DNA of 64,000 bases from Diadema antillarum. Its lineage: Eukaryota. The stretch is taken from the NCBI RefSeq assembly GCF_040938485.1, contig NW_027271233.1, forward strand, positions 620,001-684,000, read 5' to 3'. A program made the translations under genes and the position numbers. This document shows positions 1 through 13,084 of this stretch, piece after piece; positions within the stretch are counted from its first letter, which is position 1, and each line of letters starts with the position of its first letter. The notes beneath the pieces are model-generated. The model ran no database searches. It saw nothing but the letters and a program-made list of their open reading frames with translations, and was not told the DNA's origin.

Positions 1-318
1 TGGGTATTCATTATGTTTTCATATCACTTAATTGCTTTCCTGTTATCGAGATTTGCGCTAGTGAGCTTGCTGGTCCCACTTCTCCGCACATATGCCCGAT
101 ACCAAAACATGTTTTTGTGGGATGTTGGCGGGGGCCTCAGAGATCAGACAAGCGGGTAGTGTCACCATGGAGGTAGTACGGTGCCACCAGGGGAAAGGGG
201 GGGGGGGGGATGGGGAGTGTGGACAGGTGTGAGATCTACTAGATCTATGCATCACCCACCGGTGGTTGCAAGGTGTTTTCAGAAAGTCACACTTACATAC
301 AAGAGTTGATTTGCGTTG

Positions 319-458
319 NNNNNNNNNNNNNNNNNNNNNNNNNNNNNNNNNNNNNNNNNNNNNNNNNNNNNNNNNNNNNNNNNNNNNNNNNNNNNNNNNN
401 NNNNNNNNNNNNNNNNNNNNNNNNNNNNNNNNNNNNNNNNNNNNNNNNNNNNNNNNNN
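319..458. other. Assembly gap (others at 6977-7212, 14974-15125, 41753-41942)
   Basis: N runs. Confidence 1.
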
Positions 459-479
459 AATCCAACGCAAATTCAACTC

Positions 480-480
<1 letters not shown>

Positions 481-538
<58 letters not shown>
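481..538. repeat. (TA)n microsatellite
   Basis: Direct reading. Confidence 0.95.
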
Positions 539-2336
539 CATCATTTTCTTCTCTTTTCATGTTTATTATTCCTCCGCTTCTCTACCATGTTTCTTGCTGT
601 CTGCAATCCACAGCAAAGGTAAAATTCCATGTGTAAACGTTTTGTTGCGCGTAAAAAGTTTGTTAATGATAGTAACAATAGCAATTTCATTTAAATAGAA
701 TATATTATATAGAGGAACATGCTGACAGACCTATTATACAACAACAACAAAAAAATCAAATAGCAGGTGATAAAGGCATGAAGATACATAGATATGACGA
801 CATCCGGATGATCTTACGTTGAAGTCGAAAGAGCAGTGTTCTGGGCTGACACATCTCTGCTTTTCAGCCTGAGAAAATCCAATGTCTTTCGAAGATGATT
901 AGAGGGACAATATTATTGTCCTTGAAGCAAAAACTATGCGCCAAAGAAACGGGAAAATCAAGTCAATTAGTATGAAAATAGAAAGTGACATATCTTCTGT
1001 GAACTTTAATAAAGATACGTGTTCTTTGATGCAGCTTTGAAGACAATGAAGTGACATTTATGAGGATAACTTGATTGCATGAGCATACCCTTTGCTGCCG
1101 GCTCAAAGCGTCAAGATCGATATTTTCAATGTCGTCTTTGAGTCAGGATATCACGTAACACGGCGCGCATTCATTCTCCTGGGAGGTATTTTCCTTTGAT
1201 ATCTGCCTCTTACCGACAATAGATACATCATCAAAAAAATATGGTCTTTCCTTCTTTTTCATGCGTGCTGGCTTCACCTGAAAATGACGCGTCTTGATGA
1301 ACAGGCAGATTTGCTTTGTTTTGTTTTTGTTTTTCTCTATTTTTGTGATCAAGATGACACGGTATAAAAGACAAGTTCTGGTATATGACATGAAAGAAGA
1401 AGAATCTTAAAACGATTCCCTTCGTATGAAACAAAGTATGGGCACAAGGAGATTTGGTAGAACATTCTCAGAACATGCTGACATTTTAAAAAGATCGGCG
1501 TATACTCCGAGACATGTTTTAATGCTTCACAACTACTGCACTCCCATAATTTCCTATACATTGTAGTTGATGTTTCTTTTTTTCTTCCATGTTATAGCCT
1601 CTGATTGATAATTGCGGAGGACGGCAAACTTTTACGACTCACATTTCACCAGGGGATACGATTATTTTTTCTTTTTTTACGTCAATGTCTCATAATCCTG
1701 AAAGACGCAGAGTGATTTTGATTTGCGAATTCAGGGTGATGCTTATCTCCTTCTTTTTACATCAACACAATTTATATCATGAAATGGCAGATGAAAATTC
1801 AAAAGGAGAGAAAGAGAAAACGGGATGAAGAGGGAGAGATAGGGCCAAAGAGAGATATGAAGAAGGAGAGAGAAATAGAAGAGACATAGACAGATAGACA
1901 GATAGACAGACAGACAGACAGGGGAGAGAGAGACATCAGCTTCGAGGCAGACTGTCAGTGGGGTGCTTTTTATACAAAGTGAAATCACGCTGATATTCGG
2001 CGCTGTTTGATCTCGATTTTCCCGCACGAAGTTGAGATAACAAGCATATACAAACTGGAAGCAGCTAGGGCCCCCCTCTTTTCGTCAAACCTCACGGCCC
2101 CCCGTCGATCGAGTTGTTTGAGTCAAACTCGCACACAAACAACTGACTAACATGCGACTCATCTGGACAACCTAAGAGAGGATTCCCTCATATATTTGAC
2201 GATCGCTACCTCGATTAGCCATTGATTTCCGTTGAGTGCCTCTTTCTCATTGACGGGATTATAAAAATAGGCCCTACTTGACATTTTTTTTCTTTCTCTT
2301 CCTTACCCACTACTTCTTCGTTCTTCTCCCCCCTCC

Positions 2337-2373
<37 letters not shown>

Positions 2374-2436
2374 TGGGAATAGAGAAAAAACTGACTGTTA
2401 CAGTTTCATATACGAAAGATTATTCCTTCCTTCATT

Positions 2437-2696
2437 TGTGACCCTCTACAACAAAAGGATCCTAAAGTCGCTGACGAGTGAGCCGAGAATGGCCCAGAAA
2501 AATGCTATTTTCAGACCTTTCCTTTGATCATTTAGCTTCGAAATTTCGGCAGATGATAGAAGATACATTACACTACAAAATTATGTAAAAACAGAAATCC
2601 GAACGTTTTGAAAGATTTTGGTGATCTGACTTCAGACTCGAATTTCTCGGATAACCCGTCAGCGACTTTAGGATCCTTTTGTTGTAGCGGGTGACA
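2437..2696. mobile_element. MITE, 260 bp, ~40-bp TIRs
   Basis: TGTGACCCTCTACAACAAAAGGATCCTAAAGTCGCTGACG versus its reverse complement at 2657-2696 (2 mismatches). Confidence 0.85.
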
Positions 2697-3230
2697 TTTA
2701 GTCAGTGTATTTTTCTTATTTCCACACGGGTGCTTACTTCAGCCAAAGGCATGGCCTTACACAAGTCTGCGCATCTCAAAAACAATTATTGCATAACATA
2801 ATAGGAACATCAACAAAGACGCCTTGAAATATTGTTGAATCGGAAGTGGTATACTACATAGACCGTAATGTCAGGACACTAAAATTACGTGGGAAGTAAT
2901 AAGTATCCTCACAAACGCCAAACATATCTAAATCATTACAGCATCTTCTGTTGCATTTGTGTAGGTTTATTTGTCCACATCATATAAAAGTTCGTTATCA
3001 TTCAAATTTTGTCACTGTTTGTCAGCGGCACTCTTATCATCACCATCATCGTCATCACCATCATTAATTTGAGGACAATATTTATTATCATTTCTTTATG
3101 GTCACATCTGGAAGAGGTTGTTCTACATCTACTGCCGATGCTGCTACTACTTGACTACCACTATTACCACTACGACTACTGTGATTCTGTTATACCTCTA
3201 CCGCTACTGCTACTACGACAAAAATATTTT

Positions 3231-3271
3231 TACTACTACTACTACTACTACCACCACCACCACTACTAATT

Positions 3272-3305
<34 letters not shown>

Positions 3306-3360
3306 CACTACTGCTACTACTACATCTACTACTTCTACTTCCATTTCTACTACTACTACT

Positions 3361-3398
<38 letters not shown>

Positions 3399-3499
3399 CT
3401 CTACTACTACTACTACAACTACCACCACTACTACTACTCCTACTACTACCACTACTCCTTCTCCTACTTCTACTACTTCTACTACTTCTGCCACTACCA

Positions 3500-3550
<51 letters not shown>

Positions 3551-3608
3551 TACTACTCCTACTACTACTACTACATCTACCACTTCTACCGCTACCACTA
3601 CCACTACA

Positions 3609-3664
<56 letters not shown>

Positions 3665-3665
3665 A
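3231..3665. repeat. Imperfect (ACT)n trinucleotide microsatellite
   Basis: Near-pure ACT/ACC/CCT triplets; source of the poly-T, poly-V and poly-L ORFs. Confidence 0.95.
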
Positions 3666-6184
3666 ATGTACTACATTTACTGTCGAGATAATTACCATTG
3701 TGAGATTACAACCATGATACGTATGAGACTTTTTTGCTCTGTATTAATTCCTACCTTCCCGATTCTTGAAATTAGCATAACATTCGGACAGAACGTGGCA
3801 CCTTTCCATAGCCAGTCAGTTAAATGAGATGTCACCACCAGAGAAATAAGTTGATTTGAATAGCAGCAAAAGAAAACAAAAATAAGGAGAGAAAAAGGAA
3901 AACGAAAATACAGTAACAAATAACAATATAAGAAATCTAAGAGGTATGACTCACTACACAGGGTAAGAGCTCAACTTTTATTTTCCATTTGCATGAAATT
4001 CCTCAGAATTCGTTTTAATTTTCCTTATTAATGGCAGAAGATGAATTATATTTTCAAATGTAAGGGCATAGTGCAAAAAAAAAATATTTACAATTATTGT
4101 ATTAACAGTGCACGTACGATTAAAAAGTTACTAGATAGAAAAATGAAAATGTCCTGATCTGCAAAGTAAAGAGACTGTATAAGTAATGTGACGTCATCTC
4201 GGAAGTGACATTTGCGTAATTGAGAATTTTGTGTAAGATTGATCACAACTCTGAAATATTTATAACTGTCCTAGTTTTGATCAGAACTTGCTCAAACTTG
4301 TATTGTACTGTTCCTCTCATTTCTTTTTTCTGCTTGCCTCACAAATTTACTTTCAGGATGGAATTCCTTTTAAAGAAGTTTTTTTTCTTTTTCGTATCGT
4401 GACCATTAATCAAGCGAGTCATACGGCTAAATCCTTGCCACGAACCGCTTCTCTTAGAGTTCGTTGCTTTAACCGATGGTAAACTTTAAAAACATTATTT
4501 ATAATTTGCAGATGAAATAGAAAAGAAAAATCTATTGTGCTTCAAAGTTGTTCAAAAATGTGAATTAGGGATAGAAACAACCAGCGAAAAAAGGGTTAAT
4601 CTGTATAATCAATGTTAAGTATGGTTAAGTATACGAAATGTGAACAATAGTTTTATAACTTTAGAATCGCTTCTAGAATAAACCGTCTATATTATGGCTT
4701 ATTGAGAAAATAATTGATATTTCTGTATATCTGAGGCTTTATTGCCAGATTTTATATGGGAGGATGTTTTGTGATACAAAACATCAAATGTGATAATTCA
4801 AACATTTTTTTAATCACTGCTCCAATCGGCAAATTGTGGCTTTAAGCACAGGTTCCAGGCGTATTACAAACAGAGAGTCGATTTCAAACTGGTCATGCCC
4901 CTATTCTATGACAAATAATGTGTGGACTGATGTGATTTCGAAAAAGAATTTGTCAACATCGTATGTTATTACATTATTCTTGTTCACTTTTATTTAATGC
5001 TTGACTTTCAACTATTTCTTGTTTTCAACCAAAAAGATACCTATCAATCATGCGTCAATTGTAAACCTGAGCTATAATTGCACGGTGGGTTTCAATAGGT
5101 CGAATTTATCTATGTCTTTGCTCTACTCTCCCACCCTCTCTCTCTCTCTCCTTCCCTACCTCTCTCTCTCTCTCTCCCTCTCTCTTTCTCTTTCTTTTTC
5201 CTCCTTCTTTCAAGATCCAACCATCGTACAAAGAAATATCATATGTGATTGTGAGCATGGATGACGTATGAGAGTCAGTTGTGGCGGAATGGCTGGCGTA
5301 TTCCCCCGGGGCATGCTCGAGTCTCGGGAGCACGGGCCTCCTCGAAACTTGTTAAACGTCTCTCCAATGTCGCTCGCAATTTTCAAAACAAGCCTCGAAG
5401 CATACTAATTACACTTCCCACATACTTGTTTACGAACTCCTTTTGGCAATCATATTCTTTTTTTTTCTTCTTGCCGCAGTTCCCTTTATGTCCATCCCTC
5501 TCCCCCCCCCCCCCCCCCGACACACGACACACACACACTGTCAAGTTTCTTCTAGACCGCAATTTCAACTCTCGGTTTACTATTCAGCACCATTGTCGAT
5601 TATGACGTATTCCCTCAAGTGCCAGCATGTGGATATAATATTCATCTAAAATAGCGATGAATAGAGTCCCTAATATCACTGCCCCTCCCCCACTTTCCAC
5701 CCCCTTCCCCCCTCCCCAAATTGCACACACTCGATGTCCTTCGTGGCGGCCCGAACCCGTCTGCCTCAAGGCGCCACCCGCTCCATCATTTCGCAGAGGT
5801 GATTACGTGTAGAATGCTTCGTTCGACCGGGAAACTTGACCAATATCTGCTGTAACAATGATACAAATGCAGTAGTTGATAGATGACCACTTAGAGTGAC
5901 GGAAACGCACAGACACACATACATACACGTGGACACACACACACACACACAATATGCATATAATGTTCTTTTTTATTGTTTGCTGGAAATTAGAATGTCA
6001 TTGAACTGAAATGAACTAAACTGAACTATGTAGTCAGCAAGAGAGAGGAAGAAATGTAGAGAGAAAAATAGTGTGTGTGTGTCTCTCTCTGTGTCTGTGT
6101 GTGTGTGTGTGTGATATTGTTTTGTGTACATTTAGGAAAAAGTGCACTTGAAAGCAATATTTTTGTTTTGCTTATTGTAAGAGA

Positions 6185-6278
6185 ATATTCAAATTCATGA
6201 AATTCTTCCGTCGAGATGTTTTCATTGCAACTGATTGACATTTACGTCGATGTAGAGCAATTTGTCGGTCAGTTGCAC
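6185..6278. mobile_element. Internally deleted member of the 34-kb tail+inverted-arm family
   Basis: Same tail (ATTCAAATTC..GAAATTCTTCCGTCGAG) and outer arm ends (TTGCAACTGATTGACA / ...CAGTTGCA); flanked by TGTAAGAGA at 6176-6184 and 6279-6287. Confidence 0.75.
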
Positions 6279-8580
6279 TGTAAGAGACTATATTGTTCTT
6301 TGTTTAGAAATATTATGGTGCTTTAGATTATTTTCCTTATATCATTTGAATAGAAATGAATGAATATCATTAAAAATATACAAAATACAAATTTCGATGT
6401 GCTCTTGGGAAGACTGAAATTAAGAACCAGAGATAATGTAATCTGTTTTTCTATTTGCATGTGGTGCTGCATACGTTATCTGCAAATATTTATTTCGTTA
6501 CTTTAAGTGAGGTAGATATACGTGTATGAGAATTCCTACATGATATCTAAAGTAGTGTGCGATGTGCACGTATAAAATATGTGTATGCAAAACAAAATTC
6601 ATATGAGGACAAGTCTTTGATGTAAATTTGAGTCAGACACTTGTTTTGTTTTATGATATTCTTTATTCAAATTTCGTTCGATATCAGCATCATGTTCGTA
6701 TTGAAACGAATTGGACAAAACTAGGAATATAAGATTATTCTTTTCAATCTGTTCTCATGTGCTACTCAATCACATGTCTTTTTACAAATACAAAGAGGTA
6801 TCTTATGCAAATTCATGCTGGGTATTCAAAAGTGATACACAATTCTAAATAAGTCTTACAATACACAAATCCATCTTGCTCCCAACTTGATCAAATTCAT
6901 GAATGTCAGCTTATTTGCACAAAACACACAATTTGATCGACAGGACGAAACAAACCTGAAATATTAAAACTAAAATNNNNNNNNNNNNNNNNNNNNNNNN
7001 NNNNNNNNNNNNNNNNNNNNNNNNNNNNNNNNNNNNNNNNNNNNNNNNNNNNNNNNNNNNNNNNNNNNNNNNNNNNNNNNNNNNNNNNNNNNNNNNNNNN
7101 NNNNNNNNNNNNNNNNNNNNNNNNNNNNNNNNNNNNNNNNNNNNNNNNNNNNNNNNNNNNNNNNNNNNNNNNNNNNNNNNNNNNNNNNNNNNNNNNNNNN
7201 NNNNNNNNNNNNCCAAATTATTAAAGATCTCGGGTTAGAAAATACCGCAGTCTGTGGAGCAAGGCATAAAGTTTAATAAATCAAACAATTTTACCCTTAG
7301 CTGGCTGTATGACTGATTGCTAGTTTGATTACACGATTGTTGTCATGATTGATAGTTGCCTTGTTGGCTTGCATAGATACAATATATGTTTTTACCCGCG
7401 CCAGTTCTCCCCATTGTGTAAGACTAGTGTTTGATGGATGGCCGGATATCCTTCCTTTAGTCATAGTTATTTGCATAATTTTTTTATTTCTTATTCATAA
7501 TGTTATATGTTTTATGCTACCAAGCAGAAAACGATTACTAGGCAAAACAAATAAACAAAAACCTTCATTGCATTATAATTCATGCCATCTCGTTGCTTTT
7601 TTTCTTTTTCATTTTTAACAAAGAATGTAAGTTTTGTATAAACCATGCTAAAGAAGGTGATGAAGCAAAAAAGCAGAGTTTATAATATATTATTCATTCT
7701 TCTCAAAGCCATTATCAAGATATTTTGAAACTACATTAGATTTCGCTAAAGAAATAATACCTAGCACAAAGCGCAAATCCGCAGGGAAAAATTTTAACAC
7801 CTAGTGGTGTCAGATTTCTCAAATTCAGAAAAAGAAAAAGTAGAAATGATTGACAATTATTTAGCATAAACAACCATAGTAATGTATAATACATCATTGG
7901 TGTATGTTTGCATTGGGTTTTATTTTCTTTGTTTCTTTTTTTATCGTCCCGTCAAGTCCGAGAAACCACATTCACTGTAATCACTTTATCATTTATTATG
8001 TAACTATTAAGTGTTTGTGTTACGAACACTACAATAACAGATTGTCTTTCAGAGCCAATTTTAGTCACATATTAGTGTTTATTTCTATTTGAAAACTATG
8101 AAAATCCCTTGAATCTCTAAATCATAACAAATACGTATACAATGTTTCAGCAATTTAGTTTAGAAGATTAAGATTGATATCTCTCAAAACAACTTTTGAA
8201 ACGTCCTTCTCTCCTTTTTCTTCTGATGTTGTGTAGATTTGAAGCTTTCAAAAAAGTAATTTGGTCTATCTCTTATAAAGGATAATCAATACATTTCTGC
8301 TGCAAAATACATAAGGATTATATGGCTGATTATAAAGATGATATGGATCAGGAATGCAAAGAACAGGTTCAGATCAAGGGAGTATAATTCTTTCAATACC
8401 ACGCCGCTGAGTGTCCTGAGTACTTTTTCTCTGGGCTATTCAGAAATAGATTCCAGCGGTACCAAGATAGCCATGGGCAAATGAATCAGATGAAACCTCA
8501 TTAACTGCGTTTTGGTTTCCACTTAAACACTAACCAGCAAATAAACTCACTTACAAAAGTCAATCTCTCTAATTGTATTC

Positions 8581-8697
8581 TAGCTTTGTATTGTATATGG
8601 GAACTAAGTTGATTTGATTGAGAACTATAATGATTAAATTTCATAGCTTTGTATCGTATATGGGACCTCGATTGATTTGATTTAGAACTAAATCTGA
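8581..8697. repeat. ~63-bp tandem duplication
   Basis: TAGCTTTGTAT(T/C)GTATATGGGA..T....GATTTGATT.AGAACTA twice. Confidence 0.75.
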
Positions 8698-9046
8698 AAG
8701 GAATTATGCATTCCAGTTTCAAACTAAATTTCGGCTCTATCGGCATGGACGAAGAATTGGGGTGGAGGGGGTGGACAGGATTAGATGATCAATATTTATA
8801 GTTTAAACGGAAAGAGGCAAAACAGTCATTGGTGCTTCGCAATTTACTTGTTGTAATTGCTTTCATTAGCATGTTGTATTAAATATCAATTTTTTTTTTT
8901 TTTTTTTGGGGGGGGGGGTATATTTGCCAGCATTCCATCTGGGTTCCTAATAATCAAAATAAAATGAAGAAATGTTGCCAAAGCACTGTGGTATTTCGTC
9001 TACTATGTAAATTTTCAATCCAAGAGACTATGTGTCGTTCTCTGCT

Positions 9047-9048
<2 letters not shown>

Positions 9049-9093
<45 letters not shown>
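9049..9093. repeat. (TA)n microsatellite
   Basis: Direct reading. Confidence 0.95.
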
Positions 9094-9096
<3 letters not shown>

Positions 9097-10967
9097 CTGA
9101 TTTTGTTTTTATTTGTGATCCAGACATAAGGATATCGTTATATTATCATTTTGTTTTTATTACAAAGTATTAATATGGTCGGTCTGGTAATGTTTTGTTA
9201 ACCCTCTGTGTGCAACGTTAATTACTTCTAGATAGGTTTGTACGTGAAATTTGTGCACATTTGACTCGTTGGCGCAGAAAGACTCAAAGACAGAGAGGAG
9301 AAAAACGTGGAATGTCCACTGTAACCATGGAAACGCAAGGAAGACAGCTTGTTCTTGTTGTTGTTATGGAATAGTCATGATTAAATCATACCATGCATGA
9401 AACCCAAGTTGTGTGCCGAGTGGGTTTGACGATGATTGATATTAAAATGCAACATGAATACGGTCTGTTTGTTGCTTTTTTTTTTGCGGTGGGGGCAACA
9501 TTATCTTGGAGATGTCTGGCGGCATTTTTCTTTAATAAATATTGGTAAAATGATTAGCTGCTGTATACAATTTTATTTTCATCTTATTGATGTACATAAA
9601 TCAAGCCATAAAAGTTTAAAATGGAATGGTAATTACCTGTGCCTCTACTTAGGGATTTGGTTTCCATCTGAAAAAAAGAGGAATAAAACAACAACGAAGT
9701 TAAACAGAAACACGGGATAAAATATGTTTCTCCGAATGAAAAACACAACAACAACAACAACCTAAAGGTAAAGGTGCTAACAACACCGCGTAACCAATTT
9801 GGCGCATCGGCATTATGCCTTATAACATGATATATCAAACCTACATGATGGCAGCAAGGCTAATATTTGAAGTTGCTAGTTCCGTTTACCTCATATCCGA
9901 TAGAATTTGTATCATATGCTGACAATGACAAATTATGGAAAAGATAACCATACAGCTGAAATCAAACGTTCACTTTGAATAATGCGTTTTTCATCAATCA
10001 TCAGTTTATAAGTCGATCCACGTCAACTGTGACAAGATAATATGAGTCAAGTCCGATGTAAAGGTGTAGATTTATTGATTAGAGATACAATTCGAGATTC
10101 ATCGATTAAGTGCCATAATCTAACCGCATTATATTTTGAGCTCGGGTAATTTGAGGAAGAGTTGATATACGGATGTCCACGTCAGATTAAGATAGGACAC
10201 GCCACAGAGTTGACTGTATCAATCACTGCTCTCCTAAACCCTTGCCGTGCCAGGGACTTTGGACAATGTACAACTCTATGGGACGTTCCATGCCGATCCG
10301 CACTCAAAACACAGAAAGGGTTAAACCGTGTTCAGTTCCTTGTTTCCTCTCCCTACTGCGTTTCAGACGAGATTGATTACAGTGTTCCCGCGCGTACGGC
10401 GAGTGGATTTGATGCGCAGCATTGTTCTGAAATTTATGTTTTGACAGTGCTACGTTTTACTTTCCGCGTGGGACTGTAAAAGGATATGTAGGTATATTTT
10501 TACATTCAAGTTGGTGAATTTGTTCAGTCTCCTGAGACAGGCACATGCATGGGAGTATGTGAATGTATTATGTATTTCAATTTGTATTTTGCATATTGTG
10601 TATTGTGTTTTTGTTGTTGATGCTGTTCCGCGTGTCAGGACGCCCGTGTGTAAGATTGCAAACTTTATCAGATTATTTTTTTTTTCATAATTGATCAGAA
10701 AGTTGTGATATGTACCTGTGAACTCTTGCAAGAAGGAATTTTTAATGCTAAAGACAAGATTCTCTAGATACAGCTCACTTTTCCATATACAGCTGTAGAT
10801 GTTTTACTACTTGAGCATCTTTGTCTTTTTCATTTGCTACAGCAATGTATTCATGACATAACTGCTGGTGTTTCAGCTGATCTTGGAATTTTGTGTTAAT
10901 ACTTTTTTTGCCATGAACAATCACATGCTTGTACATCTAATCATATTCCAAGACGGTATTCATTTAT

Positions 10968-11559
10968 GGTAACAGTTCACTATTCCGAAGGTCCGTTATT
11001 CCGAAGGTTCGTTATTACAAAGGCTCGTTTGAATCCGAAAAAAAAAAATAATGTTCTTATTCCAGTGGTTCATTGGTACGCACCGTCTGTTTGTTTTCGG
11101 ATTAACGAACTTTATTTCGTTTTCGGATTAACGCGCCTTCGGAATTTAACGAACCTTCGGAATGAGGAACCCCATTTTATTTTTGGATTATTGAACCCTC
11201 GGAATAACTATTTTTTTCACTTCGGAGTATCGAACCTTCGGAAAAGCGAACTTTCTGAATGGCGAACAAAATAAATATTCAGATGAACGAACCCATTTTT
11301 CATTTTCGGATTGACGCACCTATATAGGCAAAGAAAATTTTAGGTGTTTCGGAATAACGAACCGTACTCTCTAAAAAAAGAAGAGTGTAAATCTTCACTC
11401 TTGAAGGAGTGAATAACAGAAAAGAGTGAGTTTCGAGTGAAATTGTAGTAAATTTTGAGTGAAATATTCACTTCTTCAATAGTGAAGATTTTCACTCTGA
11501 TTTTTGTAGAGAGTATTTCATATTCAGTTTTACGATCCTTCGGAATTACGAACATCACC
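10968..11559. mobile_element. Older copy of the (TATTCCGAAGGTTC)n foldback family with a nested insertion
   Basis: Same repeat unit in both orientations, GGTAACAG.../...CATCACC ends. A third degraded fragment lies at ~20995-21160. Confidence 0.8.
11365..11515. mobile_element. Palindromic MITE nested in the foldback element
   Basis: TACTCTCTAAAAAAAGAAGAGTGTAAATCTTCACT versus inverted AGTGAAGATTTTCACTCTGATTTTTGTAGAGAGTA; foldback repeats resume after it. Confidence 0.75.
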
Positions 11560-12129
11560 TTCCATCTATGTACCTCATTAATTCTATGTGAATTGCATTT
11601 GCTTTTAAATATGTATCAATCGAACCCTTTACAGATTTATTGATAAAGAATGTAATGTTTTAACTTTTGCCGTTTATCCAAATCACCGAACATGAATATG
11701 CACGATTTTCCGCTTTAGGCCGGTTAAGCATGATTGTACATTCAAACGCATGCTTTGATGAGGGATTCGATTTACAAAATATTTCTAAGAGCAGGGGCAA
11801 AGGTACCCTTCATTTTCTTCTTTTTCTTGTTTTTTGAGATGTTCGGGATATTATAAGTGTAGTGGGTATACACAAATTTCTTTATAAAACTCATGTACAA
11901 GAGCAGCTTAAAAGATACTTATTTTTCAACGATGTTTTAAGATATTAATTTATATCAAGAATACATGAAGATCTCTTTATGAAAATATGTATTTAGTCGC
12001 ACTAAATACTTAATCATCAAGAGTTAAGAAGCCATTGGTCAGATAGATGATATGACTTAAAGTTTTACTCAGATGAGGTGACGCCGATAAAATGCACCTG
12101 TTACACTGATACTATAAGAAACGTCTAAT

Positions 12130-12131
<2 letters not shown>

Positions 12132-12185
<54 letters not shown>
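12132..12185. repeat. (CA)n microsatellite
   Basis: Direct reading. Confidence 0.95.
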
Positions 12186-12187
<2 letters not shown>

Positions 12188-13035
12188 TATGTCCATCAAG
12201 CCAAACCGTCAAATAACTTCTGATTTCAGAATATAGAATTTATATGGGAAAATAGATAAAGTCACATTCAGTAGCTGGTAAGAATGATTTCAGAAGAAAC
12301 TGTTAGTGGCGATATGACAGAGACTACAAAGTGGAGAATCAATGTTAATGACAGAAAGAAAAGAAGAGAAACAGAAAACAAAAATATATATGCCTCAAGA
12401 AGGGATGATACTGGAAACTCCCTGCGGTACATAAGTGTGATTACTTCGTATTTTGGGGGCATACTCTGTATAGCGGAGATCTTTACCAAATGAAAAACAG
12501 ACGATGGGAACACAACCAAGCCGGAACAAACAAAGCAGACGAGTTGCTACTTTGTCTAAGTGGTGTTAAGAAGAGGCACCTAAATACCTACTCTCAAGAG
12601 TGGGGAATAAAAAGGTTGTTTTCTGCTCAGTTCGTCCTCATCTTCGAAAGATACGTCTCACGGGGCAAACACAAGGGGCGGCTGTGACGCAGGGTATGTG
12701 GCCCTTTCTTGGTCTCTTCCTCCCCCCCCCCCCCTTCCCACCCCTTGATCCATTTCTGTCTTTATTTCTTCACGTCCTGTTTTTGTTCTGTTTGTCTTTC
12801 ATCATTATTTCTGCCTTTATTTTCTTTTCGTATAAACCGAATGGATTGGATATCGAAGAGGCCGTCACTTTGCACGTTCTGGTTGCATATTCCAATACTG
12901 CACAGCTTCACAATTCTCATGTATTAAAACTGCAGCAACAACTGGAGAAAAAAAAAGATAGGAAAAGAAAGATCGACAGACAGATAGACAACCAGACGGA
13001 CAGACGGAGAGTATATGGGAGAGATACAGCGAGAG

Positions 13036-13084
<49 letters not shown>

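Noticed and set aside
780-1560. Possible decayed coding sequence (LRR/TLR-like fragments) on the minus strand
   Set aside because: Stops in all frames and no reproducible motif.
3118-3717. 199-aa Thr-rich ORF resembling a mucin, and the antisense poly-Val ORF
   Set aside because: Pure (ACT)n microsatellite that is open in several frames; no splice or signal context.
5735-5750. Exact 16-mer TGTCCTTCGTGGCGGC shared with 26908-26923
   Set aside because: About one such match is expected by chance in 64 kb; flanks are unrelated.
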